Source: an uncultured Gammaproteobacteria bacterium (lineage in GTDB: Bacteria > Patescibacteriota > Microgenomatia > Daviesbacterales > UBA10151). From it: a stretch of 5,589 nt of DNA. Under the pieces are notes generated by a model. It made no database searches, was not told the DNA's origin, and saw nothing but the letters and a program-made list of their open reading frames with translations. Positions 1 through 5,589 of the stretch are shown here, piece after piece; position 1 is the stretch's first letter, and each line of letters begins with the position of its first letter. Both the position numbers and the translations under genes were made by a program. The stretch spans positions 13,486 to 19,074 of the forward strand of contig CAZFVS010000008.1 of assembly GCA_964522265.1 (NCBI GenBank), written 5' to 3'.

Positions 1-1
1 T

Positions 2-1369
2 GTCTACAAATTAGCAGGAAAACTTAATGGGCCGATTCTTTGTTTTGTAGGCCCTCCGGGTACGGGTAAGACCTCAATAGGTAAATCGATAGCAAGGGCT
101 TTGGGAAGAAAGTTTGTTAAGGTATCCCTTGGCGGTATCAGGGATGAAGCAGAAATTAGAGGACACAGAAGGACTTATGTCGGAGCGATGCCTGGAAGGG
201 TTATTCAATCCATTAAACAGGCCGGTGCTCCGAACCCGGTGTTTATGCTTGATGAAATTGATAAGATAGGGAAAGATTACCGTGCTGATCTATCCGCAGC
301 ACTTCTTGAAGCGTTGGATCCCGAACAGAACCATGCTTTTTCAGATCACTATCTAGAAGTAGCTTACGACTTATCGAATGTAATGTTTATAACTACAGCC
401 AATATGTTGGATACAATTCCACCTGCCCTGCGTGATAGGCTGGAGGTAATTCAATACCCTGGTTATACACAAGAAGAAAAATTTAATATAGCCAAAAAAT
501 TCCTGATTCCTAAAATCCTTACGTCGCATGGGTTAAAATTAGCACATATTGAGTTTGAAGACCCGGCAATTTATCAGGTAATTGAGGGATACACCAGAGA
601 GGCAGGGGTGAGGGGGTTGGAGAGGGAGCTGTCGGCGATAATGAGGAAGATTGCCAGAAAATTTGCTGATGGTGAGAAGAAAAAAAATATCAAAATTACC
701 CCGGAAGAGGTAAGGAAGTTTTTGGGGCCTGTTAAATTCCTACCGCAACTTGCGGAGATCGAGGATATGGTTGGGGCATCTACAGGTCTTGCAGTGATGG
801 AATCGATCGGAGGGGATGTTTTATTCATTGAGGTTACTTTAATGCCAGGGAAAGGCCAGATTCAGATAACAGGACATCTGGGTGATGTTATGAAAGAATC
901 AGCGCATGCTGCTGTGTCTTATGTCAGGACAAACTGGGCTAGTTTAGGTTTGCCCGAGAGATTTTTTCATAAATTTGATATCCATGTTCATGTTCCTGAG
1001 GGAGCTGTGCCAAAAGATGGGCCTTCAGCAGGAATTGCCTTAACAACAGCTATAGTTTCTGCTTTTACCGGAATTCCGGTCAGGAAAGATGTTGCTATGA
1101 CAGGGGAGATTACTTTGCGCGGCAGGGTGCTCGAAATAGGAGGGTTGAAAGAGAAAGTTCTGGCAGCACACAGAGCAGGGGTTAAACATGTAATTGCCCC
1201 TGAATTCAACAGGAAAGATCTGGAAGATATTCCCCAGTATGTCTTAAATGATCTGGAATTTCATTTTGTCAAACATATGGATGAGGTATTAAAGGTGGCT
1301 TTGGTACGTTCTCCGCAGGTTAGGCAGACACGTCGCATTCCCATTACCCCCAGGCCTGCACTGGCATAA
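2..1369 (+). CDS. lon: ATP-dependent Lon protease (LonA type), 5'-partial (N-terminal domain lies upstream of the window); AAA+ module from Walker A onward plus C-terminal Ser-Lys protease domain
   Basis: The reading frame is open from the window edge (pos 2: [38 protein letters not shown]...), so the ORF-track start at 101 (TTG) is internal. Walker [10 protein letters not shown] is at 50..76 and Walker B VFMLDEID at 239..262. The Lon-typical [10 protein letters not shown] motif and [27 protein letters not shown] are present. The catalytic Ser lies in PKDGPSAG (codon 1025..1027) and the catalytic Lys in GGLKEK (codon 1148..1150). Stop TAA is at 1367..1369. Confidence 0.95.
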   Translation, partial: VYKLAGKLNGPILCFVGPPGTGKTSIGKSIARALGRKFVKVSLGGIRDEAEIRGHRRTYVGAMPGRVIQSIKQAGAPNPVFMLDEIDKIGKDYRADLSAALLEALDPEQNHAFSDHYLEVAYDLSNVMFITTANMLDTIPPALRDRLEVIQYPGYTQEEKFNIAKKFLIPKILTSHGLKLAHIEFEDPAIYQVIEGYTREAGVRGLERELSAIMRKIARKFADGEKKKNIKITPEEVRKFLGPVKFLPQLAEIEDMVGASTGLAVMESIGGDVLFIEVTLMPGKGQIQITGHLGDVMKESAHAAVSYVRTNWASLGLPERFFHKFDIHVHVPEGAVPKDGPSAGIALTTAIVSAFTGIPVRKDVAMTGEITLRGRVLEIGGLKEKVLAAHRAGVKHVIAPEFNRKDLEDIPQYVLNDLEFHFVKHMDEVLKVALVRSPQVRQTRRIPITPRPALA

Positions 1370-1410
1370 ATTTAGTGTTCAGCCCGATTTTCCGTATGAA
1401 TTCAGTTCTC

Positions 1411-1449
1411 TCCAGTAGCACCACCTTCCAGGAGTCTCAAACTACTGGA
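1411..1449 (+). promoter_or_regulatory. Perfect 8-bp inverted repeat (TCCAGTAG 1411..1418 / CTACTGGA 1442..1449) enclosing the hppA Shine-Dalgarno AGGAG (1430..1434) in a 23-nt loop and ending 1 nt before the ATG at 1451
   Basis: The arms are exact reverse complements, read directly from the sequence. AGGAG sits 16 nt upstream of the ATG, which is a long linear spacing. Any functional role is inferred only. Confidence 0.35.
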
Positions 1450-1450
1450 T

Positions 1451-3427
1451 ATGGATTATATTTCGTTGCTTATTTGGGGTGCGGCAGGAGCGGCAACTCT
1501 TTACGGACTTGTTTTAATATATTGGGTTTTAAGACTTCCCTCCGGTTCTGAAAAAATGGTGGAGATCGCTCTAGCAATACAACAGGGTGCCAAAGCTTAT
1601 CTGATGCGTCAGTACAAAGTAGTGGCTGTTGTAGCAGTTATTATTGCATTTTTAATCTCCCAGTTTTTGGATTTTAACAGCGCCCTGGGTTTTTTAGTAG
1701 GGGCTCTTTCTTCTGCTATGGCTGGGTTGATAGGCATGCTGGTTGCTGTAAGAGCTAATGCCAGGTGTGCTGAGGCTGCAAAATCCGGACTCTCCAGAGC
1801 ATTTGAGGTGGCATACAAAGGGGGGACAGTCACCGGATTTTTGGTGGTTGGGCTGGCCCTGGCCGCAGTATACGGTTTTTACCAGTACACAAAAGATGTC
1901 AATGCCCTGGTTTCCTTAGGTTTTGGTGCATCTCTGATCTCTGTTTTTGCCAGGCTCGGCGGCGGGATCTATACAAAAGGGGCTGATGTAGGGACGGATA
2001 TGGTAGGTAAAGTCGAAGCAGGTATTCCTGAAGATGACCCCAGAAATCCGGGTGTTATTGCGGATCTGGTAGGGGATAATGTTGGGGATGATGCCGGGAT
2101 GGCAGCAGATGTTTTTGAAACATATGTAGTGACAGCCATAGCAGCCATACTTTTAGGTCAGCTATATGCTTTTCCTGGACAACCGCAACTAGCAGTAAAC
2201 TATCCTTTGAGTTTAATGGCCGGGGCGATTTTTGCATCTATCACAGGCAGTTTATTTGTAAGGTTGCATGGCAGAAACATCATGGGGACTTTATATAAAG
2301 GGTTGATTATTTCCAGTGTTTTGGCAGTTTTGGTATTTTTTGTGGTATCAAACCAGCTTTTAGGAACAAACAACTTGGCATATTTCTACTCTACTTTGCT
2401 TGGGCTTTTGGTAACAGCAGGGATGATGGTAATAACAGAGTACTATACAGGTACAAAATATGATCCGGTTAAACATATCGCCCATGCTTCCCAAACAGGG
2501 CATGGTACTAATGTTATTGCAGGTCTGGCGGTTTCCCTGCAATCCACTTTTGCGCCTATAATACTAATTTCAGCCGCAACATTTTTTGCATTTAACCTGG
2601 CCGGGCTTTACGGGATAGCGCTGGCGGTTGTTGCCATGCTTTCGCTTGCCGGCATCGTAGTAGCAATAGATGCTTTTGGACCGATTACAGATAACGCCGG
2701 GGGGATTGCGGAAATGAGCGGGCTTCCTAAAAAAGTACGGGATGTAACCGATCCTTTAGATGCTGTAGGGAATACCACTAAAGCTGTTACCAAAGGTTAT
2801 GCGATTGCTTCAGCAGGTTTGGCTGCCCTGGTTTTATTTGCAGTGTACTCTCAAAGCCTGGGTCCTGATGTAGTTTTTTCATTATCTGAGCCTAATGTGT
2901 TAATAGGGCTTTTTATAGGTGGGGCGCTCCCCTATCTTTTTGCTTCTTTCGCAATGGAAGCTGTAGGTAAAGCCGGAGCAGCTGTTGTTGAAGAAGTCAG
3001 ACGCCAATTTAGAACTATCAAAGGGATTATGAGCGGGGAGGCAAAACCTGATTATGCTGCTTGTGTTTCTATAGTTACGAAAGCTGCCCAAAAAGAGATG
3101 TTGGTGCCAACCTTAATTCCGATCCTGGCGCCAATTGTAGTGGCACTGTTTTTGGGATCGCTTGCTTTAGGGGGGATGCTGATTGGGTTGATTACCACCG
3201 GGTTGTTTGTGGCCATATCTATGACTACCGGGGGGGCTGCTTGGGATAATGCCAAAAAATATATTGAAGCAGGAAACTTAGGTGGTAAAGGTTCCTTTGC
3301 CCATCAAGCAGCAGTGACCGGGGATACAGTGGGTGATCCATATAAGGACACGGCAGGTCCGGCGATAAACCCGATGATCAAAGTTGCAAATATAGTAGCG
3401 TTACTTTTAGTGCCGTTTTTGAAGTAA
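1451..3427 (+). CDS. hppA: Membrane-bound proton-translocating inorganic pyrophosphatase (M-PPase / V-type H+-PPase), K+-independent subfamily signature
   Basis: The ORF encodes a highly hydrophobic 658-aa protein with about 15-16 predicted helices. The hallmark M-PPase motif [56 protein letters not shown] is at 1958..2125. The motif [22 protein letters not shown] starts at 3320, and [10 protein letters not shown] is also present. [10 protein letters not shown] (2768..2797) has Lys and Thr where K+-dependent enzymes have Ala and Gly/Ala. ATG is at 1451 and stop TAA at 3425..3427. Confidence 0.95.
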   Translation: MDYISLLIWGAAGAATLYGLVLIYWVLRLPSGSEKMVEIALAIQQGAKAYLMRQYKVVAVVAVIIAFLISQFLDFNSALGFLVGALSSAMAGLIGMLVAVRANARCAEAAKSGLSRAFEVAYKGGTVTGFLVVGLALAAVYGFYQYTKDVNALVSLGFGASLISVFARLGGGIYTKGADVGTDMVGKVEAGIPEDDPRNPGVIADLVGDNVGDDAGMAADVFETYVVTAIAAILLGQLYAFPGQPQLAVNYPLSLMAGAIFASITGSLFVRLHGRNIMGTLYKGLIISSVLAVLVFFVVSNQLLGTNNLAYFYSTLLGLLVTAGMMVITEYYTGTKYDPVKHIAHASQTGHGTNVIAGLAVSLQSTFAPIILISAATFFAFNLAGLYGIALAVVAMLSLAGIVVAIDAFGPITDNAGGIAEMSGLPKKVRDVTDPLDAVGNTTKAVTKGYAIASAGLAALVLFAVYSQSLGPDVVFSLSEPNVLIGLFIGGALPYLFASFAMEAVGKAGAAVVEEVRRQFRTIKGIMSGEAKPDYAACVSIVTKAAQKEMLVPTLIPILAPIVVALFLGSLALGGMLIGLITTGLFVAISMTTGGAAWDNAKKYIEAGNLGGKGSFAHQAAVTGDTVGDPYKDTAGPAINPMIKVANIVALLLVPFLK

Positions 3428-3433
3428 AACTTT

Positions 3434-3450
3434 ACATATATCACATATAT
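3434..3450. repeat. Tandem direct repeat ACATATAT-C-ACATATAT (9-bp period) just downstream of the hppA stop
   Basis: Read directly: ACATATAT at 3434..3441 and again at 3443..3450. There are only two copies and the function is unknown. Confidence 0.3.
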
Positions 3451-3475
3451 TCTTGCAGAATTTCTACCGCCTTAC

Positions 3476-3516
3476 TTGACAATGCTCCCTGAATAATAGT
3501 TCAATTAAACTATATT
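3476..3516 (+). promoter_or_regulatory. Candidate promoter region for the downstream membrane-protein gene: perfect -35 hexamer TTGACA (3476..3481) but no properly spaced -10
   Basis: TTGACA is exact. The nearest -10-like hexamers are AATAAT (3492..3497, preceded by TG, spacer only 10 nt) and TATATT (3511..3516, spacer 29 nt). Neither gives a canonical 16-18 nt spacer, so this call is weak. Confidence 0.2.
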
Positions 3517-3525
3517 AGAAAAAGA

Positions 3526-3534
3526 GGGAGGTGA
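3526..3534 (+). promoter_or_regulatory. Strong Shine-Dalgarno GGGAGGTGA for the TTG start at 3540
   Basis: GGAGGTGA is a near-complete complement of the bacterial 16S rRNA 3' tail. The GGAGG core (3527..3531) lies 8 nt upstream of TTG 3540. The in-frame upstream GTG at 3531 runs straight into TGA. Confidence 0.7.
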
Positions 3535-3539
3535 GTTGA

Positions 3540-4046
3540 TTGAATAAATTTGTGCAATTTGTTCCTATTCCTGTTATTGTTGGATTTTTAGCATTTCTGT
3601 GGATGATAATAGCAAACCAGTTTAATTTACTTGGTTGGGTAGCATTTATAACCTGGGGTGGCTTTTTTTTGGCGGGTATTTCATCAAGAAGTGCTTACCG
3701 TGAAGCAATAAGTTTCACATTAGGTCTAGGTGTTGCATGGTTAATAGTACTTGTCGGAACCGCTCTAACACCAAGCCTTGGTACTTATGCTTTTCCGGTT
3801 GTAGTTGGAATTGCAGCATTTTTCATTGTTTTGTTGGAGCTCGTTCCCTGGTTTGATATGGCACCCGGATATTTCTTGGGGGCTGCAGCGTTTTTTGCAG
3901 CCATGAAACCTGATGCTACGAATTATGCAACTTTTCTAGTAGTACTTATTCCTGGAATTTTAGGTTTGGGCTTTGGGATTCTAACCGGGTATTTGAGAGG
4001 GATGGTATTTAGTGCTGAGGGCAAGACAGACCCTTTGACTAAATGA
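3540..4046 (+). CDS. Small polytopic inner-membrane protein of unknown function (about 5-6 TM helices); tentatively DUF1097 (YcdZ-like) family
   Basis: The ORF is 168 aa and almost entirely hydrophobic (FVPIPVIVGFLAFLWMII, GWVAFITWGGFFLAGI, LGLGVAWLIVLVGTAL, FPVVVGIAAFFIVLLELV, GYFLGAAAFFAA, FLVVLIPGILGLGFGILTGYL). A strong SD precedes the TTG start. The size and the W-x-GF / PGxFxGAxxxFA pattern resemble my recollection of DUF1097 proteins, but this was not verified by a search. Confidence 0.75.
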   Translation: MNKFVQFVPIPVIVGFLAFLWMIIANQFNLLGWVAFITWGGFFLAGISSRSAYREAISFTLGLGVAWLIVLVGTALTPSLGTYAFPVVVGIAAFFIVLLELVPWFDMAPGYFLGAAAFFAAMKPDATNYATFLVVLIPGILGLGFGILTGYLRGMVFSAEGKTDPLTK

Positions 4047-4075
4047 AATAATCAGGATCAAGAATTGGTCCGTAT

Positions 4076-4127
4076 CTGACAGCAGGCTAAAAATTCATTC
4101 TTTTTGAGTCCTGCTGTCAGGTGTTTT
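4076..4127 (+). terminator. Long stem-loop (perfect 11-bp stem CTGACAGCAGG 4076..4086 / CCTGCTGTCAG 4110..4120, extendable by about 6 further pairs) followed by GTGTTTT; candidate intrinsic terminator of the upstream gene
   Basis: The arms are exact reverse complements. Inner extension pairs are C4087-G4108, T4088-A4107 and A4090..A4093 with T4105..T4102, leaving an 8-nt loop. The downstream U-tract has only 4 T (4124..4127), so terminator strength is uncertain. The 3' arm also overlaps the SD-like AGGTG (4119..4123) of the next gene. Confidence 0.5.
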
Positions 4128-4129
4128 AA

Positions 4130-4687
4130 ATGATTCCTTCTATGGAAAACAGACAACCAACAGGTGAGATAAAACCAAAATTAATAAAAGGAATCAGTAC
4201 CGACCTGGTTGTTCATGTCGCGAGGATTTTTATAAAGCTATCCATAGTAATCGTTCTTTACATAGGCCAAACAACTTATTTTATCCCCTTGGCAGCTTAT
4301 TTGATATTTTCAGAAGTCCTTGATCAGATATCAATTTACTTACTGAAAAAAAATCCCTCGCTTGAAAAATTTGTAAGAATTTTTTATGTGGTAAATTCTA
4401 TATCCGTAATCAGCGTGGTGGCTTATTTTGCCCACTGGGTGCTGAATGATTTTTATTTAATTTATTTAGTCCATATTTCATCTGCTCTTCTAGCCTATGG
4501 TTTTCGGACAGGGATTATAAGTCTCATTATGTCCGTTATAGTTTACAGTATGTTACTGTTTACCAGCTCCGCGTCTGTTGAAACTTATCTACGCCTACCG
4601 ATAATCTCACTCATTTTTATAAGGTTGTTTATCGGCCAGTATAAATTTGAAAAAACAGATCAGTTTTTAAGGCAAGTTTTGGGGTAA
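4130..4687 (+). CDS. 6-TM integral membrane protein resembling the N-terminal membrane/sensor half of a histidine kinase; C-terminus ends where an H-box helix would begin
   Basis: The ORF is 185 aa, open in very AT-rich DNA, with about six hydrophobic helices. The cytoplasmic tail QYKFEKTDQFLRQVLG resembles the start of a HisKA alpha-1 helix (consensus ..K.EFLANVSHELRTPL). An SD-like AGGTG lies 6 nt upstream of ATG 4130, and there is an alternative ATG at 4142. Stop TAA 4685..4687 overlaps the next ATG by 1 nt. Confidence 0.7.
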   Translation: MIPSMENRQPTGEIKPKLIKGISTDLVVHVARIFIKLSIVIVLYIGQTTYFIPLAAYLIFSEVLDQISIYLLKKNPSLEKFVRIFYVVNSISVISVVAYFAHWVLNDFYLIYLVHISSALLAYGFRTGIISLIMSVIVYSMLLFTSSASVETYLRLPIISLIFIRLFIGQYKFEKTDQFLRQVLG

Positions 4688-5283
4688 TGAACCAGCAGCA
4701 GATAAATTTTATTAAAAAAATAAAATTAAATAACCAGGAATTGGAAAAAATAACAGAATCTCTTTTACAAATCTCAATCTTTGAAATCGGTAAAGAAGTT
4801 AATCTATTGAAACAACCGAGCCAAATTGAGATAGTGATTCAAAATGTGGTGGATAAACTTGCCCCGATGGCACAGGATAAGGGTTTAGAGCTGAATTTTC
4901 AAAAGGAAGCAAATGCCCTGCCGCTTGTGGATATTGATGTGGAAAAAATAACTGCAGTATTATCTAACCTGATAGATAATGCCATCAAATACACCGAGAA
5001 AGGAGTGGTAACAGTTTCTGTTTCCTATAATAATAATTTTGTGGAGGTGGTAGTAAGTGACACTGGGATTGGGATACCCAAAGAGGATCTACCAAAGCTT
5101 TTTAATAAATTTTTTAGATCAGGGAACGTTCTTATTTATAATAAAACCGGTACCGGCCTTGGATTATATTTAGGGAAGCATATTATTGAACTGCATGGTG
5201 GACATATAGATATAAGCAGTGTTGTAGAAAAAGGAACGACAGTAAAATTTACACTCCCGATTATCAAAAAAGAGGGGTTCTGA
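4687..5283 (+). CDS. Histidine-kinase-type ATPase domain protein (truncated DHp remnant + HATPase_c), lacking a phospho-acceptor H-box
   Basis: The N box is NLIDNAIKYT (conserved Asn codon 4978..4980) and the G1 box is DTGIGI (5059..5076). The F box is FNKFFR (5101..5118) and the G2 box is GTGLGL (5149..5166), followed by IELHGGHIDISSVVEKGTTVKFTLP. Residues 18-50 (ELEKITESLLQISIFEIGKEVNLLKQPSQIEIV) match the DHp alpha-2/linker pattern. There is no His N-terminal to the N box. ATG 4687 lies within TAATG, and stop TGA is at 5281..5283. Confidence 0.85.
   Translation: MNQQQINFIKKIKLNNQELEKITESLLQISIFEIGKEVNLLKQPSQIEIVIQNVVDKLAPMAQDKGLELNFQKEANALPLVDIDVEKITAVLSNLIDNAIKYTEKGVVTVSVSYNNNFVEVVVSDTGIGIPKEDLPKLFNKFFRSGNVLIYNKTGTGLGLYLGKHIIELHGGHIDISSVVEKGTTVKFTLPIIKKEGF
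5271..5277 (+). promoter_or_regulatory. Shine-Dalgarno-like AGAGGGG for the ATG at 5283
   Basis: This purine-rich GAGGGG ends 5 nt upstream of ATG 5283 and lies inside the 3' end of the preceding CDS. Confidence 0.5.
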
Positions 5284-5589
5284 TGGTAGCTGTATTAATT
5301 GTTTTATCAGCGCTGATTGGGTTAATAGAATTTTTTATTACCAGACAAAGGTTAAATTATAACGCAAAAAAGTCAAAGATTTACAATTTAACCAGTCAAC
5401 TGGAGATATTAAAATCACTGTCGTTTCTTTATGGATTAAAACAGACTTCTTTAAAGGATATACTAAATGATTTAGCTGTATCTTTTTTTGTACAGGCAAA
5501 AATAAATACATTTATGTTAATAACTACAAAACACAGGACAGCAGATAATAATATAAACCTTCAAGATATTTTTAGATTTTCCACTAACA
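5283..5589 (+). CDS. 3'-partial ORF (runs off the window): N-terminally membrane-anchored protein of unknown function, possibly a further signalling protein
   Basis: This ORF is not in the supplied ORF track, presumably because it has no stop. I hand-translated it from ATG 5283 (TGATG overlap with the previous stop) and found 102 sense codons with no stop to the window end, in roughly 30% GC DNA: MVAVLIVLSALIGLIEFFITRQRLNYNAKKSKIYNLTSQLEILKSLSFLYGLKQTSLKDILNDLAVSFFVQAKINTFMLITTKHRTADNNINLQDIFRFSTN. It has one N-terminal TM helix followed by a soluble region. Confidence 0.6.
   Translation, partial: MVAVLIVLSALIGLIEFFITRQRLNYNAKKSKIYNLTSQLEILKSLSFLYGLKQTSLKDILNDLAVSFFVQAKINTFMLITTKHRTADNNINLQDIFRFSTN

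Noticed and set aside
101-103. TTG at 101, given by the ORF track as the start of the 422-aa ORF
   Set aside because: The same frame is open back to the window edge and encodes the Lon Walker A motif (GPPGTGKTS, 50..76). The gene is simply truncated by the window, so 101 is an internal Leu codon.
680-687. An A8 homopolymer inside lon (encoding KKK)
   Set aside because: The frame is intact on both sides and the run encodes a plausible Lys-rich surface linker (GEKKKNIK). There is no evidence of phase variation or frameshift.
574-1209. Minus-strand ORFs 574..828 (84 aa) and 988..1209 (73 aa)
   Set aside because: They lie entirely antisense to strongly conserved Lon coding sequence. Their products are low-complexity Ser/Pro/Ala-rich shadow translations with no RBS context.
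1322-1366. A basic, Pro-rich C-terminal tail of Lon ([15 protein letters not shown])
   Set aside because: Lon proteases commonly have variable, non-conserved C-terminal extensions after the protease domain. Nothing in the sequence indicates a distinct function.
1397-1404. The 8-bp palindrome TGAATTCA (contains an EcoRI site)
   Set aside because: A single short palindrome is expected by chance, and there is no partner site or context.
1396-1551. A 51-codon ORF starting at ATG 1396 in the lon-hppA spacer and overlapping the hppA start out of frame
   Set aside because: It has no SD upstream. Most of it overlaps the conserved N-terminal helix of hppA in another frame, and its product has no features. 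It is most likely fortuitous.
1609-3255. Six short minus-strand ORFs (1609..1833, 2055..2237, 2360..2542, 2608..2793, 2900..3091, 3052..3255) and the +-strand alternative-frame ORF 3061..3249
   Set aside because: All are embedded in the hppA CDS, whose frame is validated end to end by M-PPase motifs. They are 60-74 aa with no recognisable motifs and are typical antisense or off-frame shadows of a GC-moderate gene.
4452-4468. Direct repeat TTTATTTA-A-TTTATTTA inside ORF4
   Set aside because: It lies within coding sequence and simply encodes the hydrophobic FYLIYL segment using AT-rich codons. This is low-complexity composition rather than a discrete element.
4690-4760. Several A6-A7 runs at the 5' end of ORF5 (for example ATTAAAAAAATAAAATTAAATAA), considered as slippage or phase-variation tracts
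   Set aside because: They are in frame and encode Lys/Asn/Ile-rich helix residues typical of AT-rich genomes. No alternative frame opens into a longer or more kinase-like product.
1-5589. A search by eye for tRNA/rRNA genes, CRISPR repeats, IS/transposase or integrase genes, terminal inverted repeats, toxin-antitoxin pairs or defence-system genes
   Set aside because: None was found. All sizeable ORFs are accounted for by the six + strand genes, and the intergenic spacers (81, 112 and 83 nt) are too short and unstructured for RNA genes or arrays.

Overview
Six co-directional (+ strand) genes, with no convincing minus-strand gene, RNA gene, CRISPR array or mobile element. (1) The 3' two-thirds of a LonA-type ATP-dependent protease, truncated by the left window edge. 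The track's TTG at 101 is not the true start. (2) A complete membrane-integral proton-pumping pyrophosphatase (hppA) carrying the K+-independent sequence signature. (3) A small polytopic membrane protein of unknown function, possibly DUF1097-like, followed by a long hairpin. (4-6) A more AT-rich, start/stop-overlapping three-gene module: a 6-TM membrane protein, a soluble histidine-kinase-type ATPase (HATPase_c) protein, and a 3'-truncated single-pass membrane protein that is missing from the ORF track. The most unusual observation is in this module. The 6-TM protein and the ATPase protein together look like one sensor histidine kinase that is split exactly at the H-box. The phospho-acceptor histidine is absent in all three frames, while all ATP-binding boxes remain intact. 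This could be a two-polypeptide pseudo-kinase or sensor, a decaying gene, or less likely a frameshift-fused product. All family assignments come from motif recognition by eye. No database search was possible.
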